From: Parasitella parasitica NRRL 2501
Taxonomy: Eukaryota > Fungi > Mucoromycota
Length of the DNA stretch: 64,000 bases
Assembly (NCBI GenBank): GCA_025201805.1
Contig: MU619248.1
Coordinates: 248,001 to 312,000, forward strand
Reading direction: 5' to 3'
Part shown: positions 12,565 through 24,484 of the stretch, one piece after another
Position numbering within the stretch: the first letter of the stretch is position 1
Layout of the letters: the number at the start of each line of letters is the position of its first letter
Position numbers and translations under genes: made by a program
Notes under the pieces: model-generated
Told to the model about the DNA's origin: nothing
Databases searched by the model: none
The model's input: only the letters and a program-made list of their open reading frames with translations

Positions 12565-13910
12565 ATGAGCTTGACTGACCAAGAATTCCGAGCCAAGCTA
12601 GAAAAGCATTTCTCGTTATATCGTATAAATTTACGTTCGCCTATCGCATCCCAACTTGCTCCTGATCACTGGTATCGAGTGGATGTCTTACTGGTAAATG
12701 AATTAGGTTTATTCAAACGATCAGATATTGAGCCTGATGGCCAAGTAATTCTTGCTTGCGATTTGTATGCACCAAATGCGAATGGAGAGATGACGCCTTT
12801 CTCTCGAGAAGATCCTGATTGGGAATTTGACGTCCGTCCTGCTCGCACGTTTAGTGAAGGTCAACTGTCGAAAGAAGCTAATCCAGTGCCTGGCTTTGTA
12901 AGCTCAGGGAGGGGAGCTTTTGAGATACGCTTAAGATCAAAGCGCGCCGCTAATAGAACCACAGCAAGCCAAACAAAGTATTTACATATCTATCCGGCTC
13001 AATTAGTAGGTTTTCCCAAAGGAAAGAAAGAAGAACACAAGCTTGAAAACATCTTGCCACTTGTCGTTGGACCCATTGAAATCATACCCAGCTTAAAACC
13101 AACATTTGATACATCGTTACCATTGGAATTGTGGCAGAATTCAGCTACCACTGACATGGTTTATGATGGTTACCGTGTATTCTCGACCTCTCAAACTCCA
13201 CCCGTCAATATCGCTATTCATGAAATGTGGGATTCAGGTATCCCGGGCAAGATTTGGGATTCTGCACTTGTGATGCTCGATGTAATCAAAAAGATGATTG
13301 ACATTCATCCAGAGTATATTAACCAAAAGCATGTTTTAGATCTGAGCGCCGGGTACGTATGCTTACCTGAGATGTTAACAGAGTGATTCAACAGAGTCTG
13401 TTTAAAAATAGTACTGGATTACTGGGTTTGTACATAGCAAGCATGATGGCATCACCAAATTCAACGCTCAAACAAGGCAAAATCACCATCACTGAACTGA
13501 ACGAGGCTGTGGATTTGATTGATCAAAATATTGAGATCAACAGGTTTTTATCAAAGGAATCACAGGTGAAATTGCGCACCAGGAATTTATTGTGGGGTAA
13601 TACCGAGCAAGCCGAGGCATGCGGAAAAGCCGATTTGATTATCGCATCAGATGTCTTGTACGAAGCACAGTTTTTCGAGGATCTTGTCAAGGCCTTTGTA
13701 GATCTTGGTACGAAAACCACTCGTATTTATATTGGCTACAAGCGTCGTGGGTTTGATGAAGCTGAGGAACGCCGATTCTGGGCTCTATGCAAAGCACATT
13801 TCAGCGTAAAATTGCTCGTATATCAAGGCCAAGACGACGAAGACGACGGTCTAGTGCCTCCAATGACCATAGAAACTGGCGTCAAACTCTACCGTTTGAC
13901 TCTTTTGTAA
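12565..13910 (+). CDS. METTL21/family-16 protein-lysine methyltransferase with a long unrecognised N-terminal domain (intron about 13353-13411)
   Basis: GKIWDSALVM, motif I VLDLSAGTGLLG, LLWG, DLIIASDVLY (DxxY) and GYKRR. Confidence 0.85.
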
Positions 13911-14030
13911 AACTCTTTCCTCCTTTAATTTGCTTCAAACATTGATCAAAAGCGCACTCCTTTTTTAACATGATGTAATATAATAAATATACGTTAAATA
14001 GAGGCTGAAATTGCTGATTTTGCAGTTGAA

Positions 14031-15727
14031 ATGTTTTACATTAAAGGTGATTCGTTTCTGTTGTCTTTTTCAAGACACCCGTTATCATCAACTGAACAAG
14101 ATCAAGAAGAGGGCCAGGCACTGCAACAGCCAGATCGAAATAGACAAAACTTTTCATCCACTGTTATTCACTATTTTTGGGGCTGTTTCGATATGCTTCC
14201 TACGTTTTTGTTTGCTGCATCTTCGATGTGCATCATTGCCTACATGTACTCGGTGCTTTTGATTCCTACAGTTATGACCGCTACTATTGCAAATCTCAGA
14301 AATGACACAAACGGCACAATATTCAACGGAACAGCAGAAGTTCCTCTGGATGTGGGATGCCCGTTCCTTACCGCTCGGTCTTCTCCACCTCAGAATGTTC
14401 ACGACCTTAGGCCGGACGATATCCGTATCGTAATGGGGTTGGGCGATAGGTATTCTACAAAATACTATTTTTTGACGTTGGGAATGATTTTTGACACTCA
14501 CCTCTTTGTTAAGCGTAATGGCTGCCTTTGCGGCGAAAGGCGTCCAAAACAGCTTTTTCAATATCAAAAACTTGTATGAAAACAGAGGCGTTTCATTTGC
14601 AATGGGCGGTGTAAGTTTGAATGCGCTATTCTTGGCTTGCTTTATTGACCCCTTCCTAATAGGACCCCAATGTTGTTTCTCTGCCTAATATCATAAACTA
14701 CTACTCTTATGATATGGTTGGCTCCTCAGTTGGAGACCATATTATTAGCATCTGCTTTGGTACGTTAAACATAGATGACGACAGAGTTAGCTACTAACAC
14801 GTTGCAAAAGGTAATCAAATCTGCCCTGACGGCCAATATAGAGCAAAGATTGATGTGCTGAATGCTGCGCAGTCTGGGGCGCGAAGCCTTAATCTGAACC
14901 ATCAAATCGATTATTTGGAAGGCTATTTAGATGGTATGTACAAAGCCGGCGCGGTAAAGCCTACAGACTGGAAGCTGCTTACGGTATTTATCGGTTCCAA
15001 TGACATTTGTCATTCCTGCACAGAGATAACATCTCTTCCGCCGGCCTTTAGCGTTAATGTGCTAGCTGCAATTGAGAGAATACGTACTAGCATGTCGAAT
15101 GTTTTGGTTCAAATAGGTAGGGCCGTGGCACCAGAGATCGACAACAAACTAACTACTGTGCATCAGTTGGCATGATGCGTGTTCAGGATATCGTAGTGAA
15201 TACCGCTAACTTTACAGATTACTGCCAGCCGATCAAAGGAAGCAACTTTATTGGCCACGATCATGAGTGCGAATGCTCTCACAGCGTGTACAATCGCACC
15301 ATCATGGACAGCCTGTTTCCTCAGTACAATCAAGCATTGCAGGGTGTTGCACAGCACTATCAAAGCAGCGTTTTTGCAGCTGATCAACAATTTGCTGTTG
15401 TGTTTCAGCCGTTATTGGTGGATATCTTTACTTTTCCCATCGAGGCAATCAGGTACATGGACAAGTAAGCCATAGGATTTTCTTTAATCGTGTAAACAGC
15501 AATATAGACTGCTTTCATCCTTCGACGTTGGCTCATGAGTGGCTTTCCAAAATGCTATGGTAGTATAAGCTGACTAAACGTATGCTATTTAGCCTTCTAA
15601 AATAGCCATCTCGCTTATTAGGAAAATGATGTTTATGAGCCCTGATCAAAAGCAAGAGATTCTCAAATTTGATGCGAACGTACCTATTTTTTGTCCTACC
15701 GAAGATGATCGGATTACAACCCTATAA
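14031..15727 (+). CDS. phospholipase B1-like GDSL/SGNH lipase (multi-exon)
   Basis: LRPDDIRIVMGLGDS, ENRGVSFAMGG, LNAAQSGA, DWKLLTVFIGSND, IDCFHPS and C-terminal IFCPT; N-terminal TM segment. Confidence 0.88.
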
Positions 15728-15829
15728 AAAAACTACTTTTTGCAATAAAACCGCCATAATACCTATTGCTATATATTCGGGAATCCCGGTTCTCAGTTTC
15801 CATAACAAAACATTTCTGCATCTTATGTT

Positions 15830-15961
15830 GACACCCAGATTACCAAAAGCCCTATGATGCCATCGTAGCGGTTATGGGAGGTCTGAGAGCGACATGCCGG
15901 ACGTGGTCATGAAGAAGCACTTAAACCCTCATAACCGAGAGTTGTAACCGTTTTCTGTGTC
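15830..15961 (+). ncRNA. candidate structured non-coding RNA, family not identified
   Basis: Nested stems GACAC/GTGTC, CGGTTATG/CATAACCG and CTATGAT/ATCGTAG; G-U pairs favour the + strand; lies downstream of the lipase AATAAA. Confidence 0.35.
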
Positions 15962-16126
15962 CGTAATTTCGAAACCAGTTATCCAGAGATTGCATTAGCT
16001 GTAACTGCTATTTCATACGGCAAAAGAACAGGCAATTATTGTTACAAACAAAAGAATCATATCACGAGGACTTGTGCACTATAACATTGGCTTATGCAGG
16101 CCTACGACTCACACAAACAAACACAC

Positions 16127-16210
16127 TGACTCATAATGTCTGTCAAAAAAAAAAAGGTGACGGTGGGATCCAAAGGTTTAAAGAGCCACCTTGCTACATT
16201 TTTTGACTCA
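16127..16210. promoter_or_regulatory. two TGACTCA Gcn4/CpcA (AP-1) sites upstream of DAHP synthase
   Basis: perfect TGACTCA at 16127-16133 and 16204-16210, plus CGACTCA near 16105. Confidence 0.6.
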
Positions 16211-16251
16211 TCTCTCTCTCTCTCTTTCTTAAGCACTGCTATATTATCAGA

Positions 16252-17854
16252 ATGTCTGCTACTTGGACTCCTCAAGACTGGAAAGAAAAGCCTATAATGC
16301 AAGATGTTGTATACGAAGACCAGGCACATGTTGATCGTGTGCTGAACAAATTGCAACGTTTGCCCCCCATGGTTTCTGCTGCTGAGGTGTGTGCGTGTCT
16401 TTTAACGTCAAGCTGGATGGAGACACTAAATTTTATCGTAGGTTGACAACTTGAGAAAGCAATTGAAGGACGCTGCTCTTGGTAAATCATTCTTGTTGCA
16501 AGGGGGCGACTGTGCCGAGCTGTTTGATTACTGCTCTCAGGTAAGGGCTTGCTTAAAGTATTCCTCCTCGGTACTCATCTTGTTACTCAGGACCCTATCG
16601 AAGCCAAAATTAAGGTTTTGCTGCAAATGTCGCTTGTTTTAATCTGGGGTGCCCGTACTCCTGTCGTCCGTATCGCCCGCATGGCTGGCCAATATGCCAA
16701 ACCTCGCTCTAATCCCATGGAAATGTACAAAGGCGAGGAGATCCACTCTTTCAGGTAAGCGGTTCATGGAGGACGGCGCGCAGAATTCATTCGAGTATTG
16801 ATTCTCTGTTTTCAGAGGTGACAACGTCAATGGTTTTGATCCCACTGATCGCAAGCCTGATCCTGAACGTCTGCTAGGGTAAGAAAGCCAGTGTGCTTTG
16901 GAGTATGTAGACTGACTTTGTGGCTATTTTAGAGCTTATTTCCACTCGGCAGCCACACTAAATTATGTTCGCACATTGCTTGACTCTGGATTTGCTGATT
17001 TACATGAACCCTCAAAGTGGAACCTGAGCCACGTGCGCTCAGACAATGTCAAAAGAGAGTATGAATCCATTGTGACACAATTAACAGATTCGCTGGACTT
17101 TATGGGAACTATCGGTGCTGACAACGGCAGCTCCAACGCACTCCAATCCGTCGACTTTTTTGTCTCTCACGAAGCACTCTTATTAAACTACGAGACATGT
17201 CTCACTCGCTTCTTGACATCATCTACTACAAAGGAGAAGAAATGGTACAATACAGGTGCTCACTTTTTGTGGATTGGCGATCGTACCCGCCAGCCTGACG
17301 GCGCACATGTTGAGTATATGCGTGGTATAGAAAACCCCATCGGTATCAAAGTGGGACCCAGCACAGATCCTGAGCAACTAGTCAGCTTGCTTAACACGGT
17401 GAATCCCAACAAAGAAATTGGTAAAGTGACATTAATCACACGTTTTGGTGCCGATAAAGTGGAAAAGCATTTGCCTCAGCATATCGAATCTGTACGTAAA
17501 TCTGGCCATCTCCCTGTTTGGGTGTGCGATCCCATGCATGGCAATACAAAGACGGCCTCAGATGGAGCCCTGAAGACCAGACATTTCGTGGATATCATTG
17601 AAGAGTTATCGCAAACCTTCCGTGTTCATAAAAACTGCAAGAGTAAATTGAATGGCGTTCATTTTGAATTGACAGGTGACTCAGTTACGGAATGTATTGG
17701 TGGCTCAATGGATTTGAAAGACGACGACTTATCGACAAATTATCAAACTTATTGTGACCCTCGTTTGAATTATGAACAATCCCTCGATGTTGCTTTCTTG
17801 ATAGCTAAATACTATGAAAACGAAAGAAAAACCAAGGATTTCCCCAACTTGTGA
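16252..17854 (+). CDS. class II DAHP synthase (5 exons)
   Basis: WTPQDW, FLLQGGDCAELF, RIARMAGQYAKPRS, FRGDNVNG, SHEALLLNYE, HFLWIGDRTRQ, NPIGIKVGP, CDPMHGNT and TYCDPRLN are class II signatures. Confidence 0.96.
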
Positions 17855-20800
17855 AAAAGGGATTGGGCTGAGAGCCTTCACTATTAGACTTTGAATACGT
17901 TATATATAATAAAAGATTCTAACCAAAGACCTTGCATACTGTATCCTAGAGGTTATCGCAACGAAAATCCGCATTTTTATTGCCTAAACCAAGTCGATCA
18001 ATCACAATGCTGAGTATTGGCTGAAGCTGAAAAAAAAGTAGTAATTGATACTCTTATGTGCAACAATAGTTTCGAAATTGCATGATTTCTTGGAAAATCC
18101 AACGTTGTCAACTTGGAAAGAACCATGAAACGTCGTTGATGTAAATAAAGTAATATATTTTGACTCATTGTTTCTCTATTTTGCTTAACTACACTGTAAA
18201 ATGAAATACTAGTGGAAAGCGCAGATTTTAAAGTCAAATTTATACTCTTTTCTAACCGATTCAAACACTTCAGAACCACCCTAAATCATTTCTCAGAGCT
18301 TTTAGTTATCATCTCCATTTTAAAACTCTAGTGTGCAGAATGCAACTTTTCGAATTCGACCTGTATTTAAAACGCATCTTTATTAGCTGCATTTTTTTCT
18401 ACGGTATATGTCAATCGAAGATTTTTGATACGCAATTGCCGTTTTACGTATTAGTTTTTCGTACAAAGATCAGTCTTTTTGTCAAAAAACACATTTTCCT
18501 TCAACCAAAGATTACTAGTTTAAATTGTATGCAATTAGGTACAAACTTGTATACTCTATAAACCTATTATACTCTTTTTTTTATGTCAAAAAACCCCCAT
18601 ATCTCATCAACTCTAGCATATCGGAGAACGAAAGTCATGATCATTAACCAAGGCCAAAATCTTGAAAAAACAGCGTCGTAGCTATCTTCTGCAAAATTCA
18701 TCCATAATTATACATTATTTCATACTTACGTATTATTTAAAGTGCCTTTTATTTTTAATTTTACACAATATGATGTCTTTTTTTAAAAAAATACACTAGA
18801 AAAATTGTTTACAAAGGCACATTTCTCCAAAACTCGTTTTTTGGATAAAAATAAACATAAATCTCAAAAATTTTAACTTTTTTAGTGCAGATACAGTAGC
18901 CCGAGCAATTTCATTTATTTGTTTTTGTTTTCATCTAAATCAGGCAAATATTCATAAAGATATCTTTAATTCTTTGATTTTAGGACCCTCAGCCCTTGTA
19001 TTACCTCGAGTCCAGGACAGCAAAAAAAAGGTGTTTGAATTTAAGGATTTTAAGCAGTAAAAGACTAAAAAATTAGATTTTTTGAACAAAATTCAACATT
19101 GTATTGGTATACACTTACAAATTTTAACATATGGTGATCTATATTAAAGTTCAATAGCACTGCGGTAAGTAAAGGGTTATTCCACTTAGGTTTTTTGGAA
19201 TGCCCATATGCATGTGTAGTCTATTGTATGTAGTTCAAACTTTTACATCTCAAATCTAATAAAACTGCTCTACATTGCTTCCTCTTTTATTGAAAATATA
19301 GTTTGTTACGACTTGCTACATTCATACTACAAAGTATCAACTTACTTTGTGCAAATTTGACGACATACACTGCAACAAAATTACGCCCTTGTATTATAGT
19401 AGGCGAAATATGTTTATTTGCAAGGCAAAACAAAGGGAGCCATGACTTTGAATATTCGGCTGTTTAGATCAACATATTGATTATGCTTTTAGCGTGAAAT
19501 CGCCGTCATCGCCCGGTTGCCACTCTCGTTATCATTACACAAAAGGTATATATTTCTGCAAGTATCACAATATGTAATTCAATGCATCCAAGTATATAAA
19601 AAAAAAAAGGTATGTTTTAAATAAAGAAAGAGATACAAAGGATTTTATGTTGTACAATCGATCATCAATTCATATATGTATACGATAATATTATGTTGTG
19701 TGCTGTACAACAAAATGTCATATACAGATATATACTTGGCTTAGTCAAATGGTCAATGCTACCATTACACTAGAATACGAAAATGTCGGAAAATGATGTC
19801 AGTAAACGACCTAAAATATATTCAGTCGTGATGTTTATACTATGCTTTTATCTGCATTTTAGTTGCATGACATAACATAACATAACATATAGTCATGCAT
19901 GCATTAAACCAGCCCAACGTGGTCATTGCAACTTGGGCCATTTCTTCTTTGTTTCCGTGCTGCGTGATCATACAAAAAACATACTGAAATAATTCTTTTT
20001 ATGGAATGGTGAACATTGTTAAACAACGAAAAGAAAAAGATACACACAAGGTGGACATGTACGCACATGTTGGGAGCAGCAGAGCTATACTTTGTGGAGT
20101 TGATCATCATTACCTTGCATTCTTCATTTTTGAAACTAATAGGAGACATACTCAAAACATTAACCTTGATATGTACCCTCTGCTAAGATATCAGCGGGGC
20201 CCATAGTTTCCTTCAAGACCTCGAAAATATAAACGTTCATGTATCTCTTTCATACAGCCATTATTCGGCTACATTTGTAACGTTTTAATTCATAAAATTA
20301 CTGAAATATGATTAAGGTGCCAGGTCCTAAAGTTGCAGACATATGACATCTTTCTATAATTGAATTTTGAGCCGTCAGAAGCAGTGCCTATTAATAAAAA
20401 CTAGGCGTATATCGATCTTAAATGATAGTGAAGATATCAACAGGCTTGTTAGCAGAGGGCAAGAGATACTGCAATTTGTCTTGACCAGCGCAGGGCAATA
20501 CTTTAGAAAATAGCAAGGTAAAGAGAAAAGAAGCTACTGTTCAACCTAGCAATCTGGTCGATTATTTATCATACAGCTTTGATTAACTTAACACAACTTG
20601 ACCTTTTGACGCAAAACACTGTACAACAATAAGCTGAGATTAACTTGGTATACAAAAGATATACATGTAATGATTGACTTTTTGTTACTGTAATGCGTAC
20701 TACGTATGGCAGCATAATTTTTTTTTACAATGAGTTGATAGTTTTGGATTCAAACACGTCCTAAATTTCCTGGCAATCTGAAATAAAAACATCTTCTGAT

Positions 20801-21168
20801 GACCGCCGACGTTTTATTAATAGATCAATGATTATTTGAAACAAAAAAGAATTATAAAAAAAAAAAAAGATACATACAAGTTGTAATGATAGCAGATCAA
20901 TTTATATATAATGCTATTATAGAATAATCACAATGGAATGTGAGTAGATCTTTTTGTTTACTTTTTGCTTTGTGTAGCTGTAACAGAAAAAATTTAATAC
21001 ATTTTGATCAGTATTCGCCCTAACACGATTTTTCTTCGTTTCTCAAACTTCTGTTATTTGGATGTATAGAGAGGCTCAAACAATGTAAATCGAAACATGA
21101 TCATGTATCGTATTTGCTGAAATAAACAAATAGTGTTATTCACGGTTCGTTAGTCTTGATCTTTTTTT

Positions 21169-21178
21169 NNNNNNNNNN
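21169..21178. other. assembly gap (N run)
   Basis: run of N. Confidence 1.
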
Positions 21179-21997
21179 AAAAATCGCGGGGTTTGTTTGT
21201 TTAGCGTTAGATATTGATCTACCCAATCAATCAAGTGCTTAATTTAAGGCACATCCAATCAAAGAATGTAAAAATATAAACGGCGTTTAAATCGAAGAAA
21301 AGCCAGGGCGCTTTTTTTTTTTTGGCCGTGTGTGTGACTAATGGGAATAATATGCTTATTCGTTTGATCAATGTAAACAACAAAACAACAAAGAAGTTCT
21401 GGACAAGATTTTGGATATCTCGGAATACCCAAATACGTGTTTTTTTTATACTTACATATTTAACAACAAAGTTGGAAACAAGTAAAAAGACCTTTTTCAA
21501 GAGTAGTTTATCTTTCTCGTTAATAACTGGGCTGAAAAAAAATCAATGTTGTACGAATCGTTCACATCTTTCCCCCGCCTAAGATAATAACAACTTTTTT
21601 GTTTTATTTTTCAGAATGAAAACAAGACAGGAATGAACAATGAGATGTCAGAAATAATGTTTCACTCTTCCTAACAGCAATACATTGATTAGTATATAAC
21701 GATGTATTTGTCATTTTAAAAATAAAATCTTAAATTGTTACGGGAGTATAGAACCGGGCATAAAAAAAAAACTCTCACCTTTTTTTGGACCTCTGCCCCT
21801 CAACTTTAATTTCCACACAATAATCCTGAGTTTCCGCGCAATTGTGGTAGAACTAATACAGTAAAAAAAAATATGTATGGTATTTTTTCGAATATAAATT
21901 GTAGTAGTACAAATCTTAGACATCTTCTTTTTCTTCTCTTCTTTCACTCTTATTCTATTTCTTTTCAAAAAGAAGAACACATTGATACAAAATCAAA

Positions 21998-24211
21998 ATG
22001 AATTCTGTTCATGATAATAAAGATTGGCAAACTACCATGTCTAACCAGCAGGGCCCACTCCAATCCCCATCTATTTCGAAAGCGGAAGATTCATCTCCCA
22101 AGCTCCCTCATTCGAACACTGTCTTTTCACCTAATGATTATACTCAAAATAATGTCACACATCAACACCCACAACAGCAACAACAAATGTAAGTAGCTTT
22201 TCTAGTTTTCAAAACGACCCGTGCATTCGTGTCAATTATGCTGTACCTGTCGCTGTTTAGTGCAACAGGTACTACAAAATCAGATAATTTTGGTAACCTA
22301 GTAACCTCTTATATTTTACGTAAATAGCTATCCTTCCGCTGTAACTGCTCCTACTGCTTCTGAAACAGATGTCAATGCTAATAGATTGCCTGGGTAAGTT
22401 TCTACTTCTTTTCGCCTTTTTACAACCTATCAAATCAGATAAAGATGTATTGTTATTGGTCATGATTGAATGACCTCTATTCCTCCCCCCACCCCTTCTT
22501 CTCTAACCCCCTCGTCTTGAATAACTTGATTTTTACAATTGATTGTTGTTTTTTTTTTCTTCTTCACTCATACTAATTTTATATATATATATTTTTTTTT
22601 TCCTAGTATGATTGCCCATTCGCAACCAAATACACCTCGCCCAGAGAGTAATGAAGCGCCATTATATCGTCAACCTATCCCATTTGCTGCTAGGAATGTT
22701 GTCAGAGGAAGAGCAAATCTGTTTGCTAATGAAACTGGTCCTTACTTTAGCTCGACCAAGCCCTTTGATAACCTCTACTCATCTGATAAATCAACCTTGT
22801 AAGTACTTTCTTTGTGCAAGTGCCTCTAAATCTATTGCAAATGTCTCACTAACATTTATTCAGATTATCTGTTCGTGTACAGTCTAAAATGGATCGTGGC
22901 TTTTTCTTAGCTGATAACGACTGGACTTGCTATAGACGCAATTACTTTCAAGTTAGCAGTGTCTTCTCTGTCCACGGCTTCAATCACTATTACTCTGTAA
23001 ACGAACCACATGTCCTTGTAAAGGCTGATGATGGCGCCTTGTATAATGTGCAACGCTTCCTTCTTGGTGTCTCTGCTCGAGTTGCAAACAGCGAAAAAGA
23101 AATCGAATTGATTCAGCATACCCCAAAGCGTGATAAGGGCCCCCAGTACAGACCCAAACCCAAGCCTATTACTCCTGGTGGCAATTTGAGCATGAGCTCT
23201 GTTGCCAATAACCAGAATATCGTTACTTTTGAAAGAGTCCAATTCAAGACTGCTACTGCCAACAATGGAAAGAGAAGAGCTGCCCAGCAGTATTATATCT
23301 GTATTATTGAACTCTTTGCTGAAACTGACAGAGGTCAATTGATCAAGGTAGGCTCTTGTCAATCTGCTCCTCTGGTTGTTAGAGGTAGAAGTCCTGGCCA
23401 CTATGCTGACAACCACCAAGAACGCCACCATTCTTATACTGCCAACAGTGCGGCCTCGTCAATTGTCGCCGGTATTCCTGCCCCCCTTGATGCCACATCT
23501 GAGTCTGCTACTCCTCCATCTACACTCTCCGGGAAAACCGAACCTTTGACTCCACCCGGCCGCCAACAAATGCAGCAGCAGCAGCCCCAGCCTATTTATT
23601 ATTCGAAGCCTCAAGAAACTCCTCAACCCATGATGCATCATAGCTATGATCACCACCAACAGCAACAGCCTCAGAACTACACATACTATTCATCTTATCC
23701 ACAATATGCTAATGCTGTTCAACCACCTCCCTCCAATGTATCCTCTCCAATGTCGCATCCTCCTCTGCCTTCGCCCTACACTCATCATGCTCAAGTATCC
23801 AACTACGCTGTTCATGATGCTAGTCATCCTGACCCCTATTCAAACGAAGTTTACCAGAACAACGGGCACACAACAGAAGAGGTGAAGTTGCATCATCATC
23901 ACCCGCAATTCCAAATGCAACAAACTGGACCCATTGAATCGCCTCATAGTGGTTATGATTGGCAACGCGCTAGATACAATAGCTCATCATCTGGGTCGTC
24001 CTCAGTGCCATCTCCTGGGGGTCACCAGGGCAACGAGCCTCAACAAACCTACTTTTCCCATCATCAACACCAGCAACAACAAGAGGGAGCAACTTATTCA
24101 CCCACAACGCCTACTTACTCTCCTTCCATCTTACAACAACAACAGGCTAGAAAATACAAAAACGGCGGTGGTGCACCTCCTAATTTGATGAACAAACAAC
24201 AACTTGCCTAA
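21998..24211 (+). CDS. NDT80/PhoG-family transcription factor (4 exons)
   Basis: MDRGFFLADNDWTCYRRNYFQV, LIQHTPKRDKGPQ, FERVQFKTATANNGKRRAAQQYY and PLVVRGRSPGHY; Q/P/H-rich tail. Confidence 0.95.
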
Positions 24212-24295
24212 GCCAAAAGATATTTATTATACACTTATATTATTATTACTATTACCAGCAGCCATATTTTATATATATATATATATACTTAACGA

Positions 24296-24312
24296 NNNNN
24301 NNNNNNNNNNNN
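24296..24312. other. assembly gap (N run)
   Basis: run of N. Confidence 1.
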
Positions 24313-24484
24313 AAAAAAAAAAAAAAAATGCAACTCTATTGTGCCATTATATTGTATAAATAACCTCTCTATTTTTTCCCTTTTTTTTTTTTTTTTTTTC
24401 CCCTTATTATAAAAAATACCAATAAAAAGACTCATTTACAATGTCCAGTATTTTGAGTGGGGGTTGTGCAATGACAACAATCAT

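Noticed and set aside
15870-16105. RNase P RNA (GGGAGGTCTGAG could pair with CAGGCCT near 16097)
   Set aside because: CR-V consensus only partly matched and no P1 closing helix found; kept only as an unassigned structured element
18000-21600. MITE or hidden gene in the AT-rich region upstream of NDT80
   Set aside because: No convincing TIR/TSD pair, and exon-like minus-strand pieces near 20.1-20.4 kb contain stops
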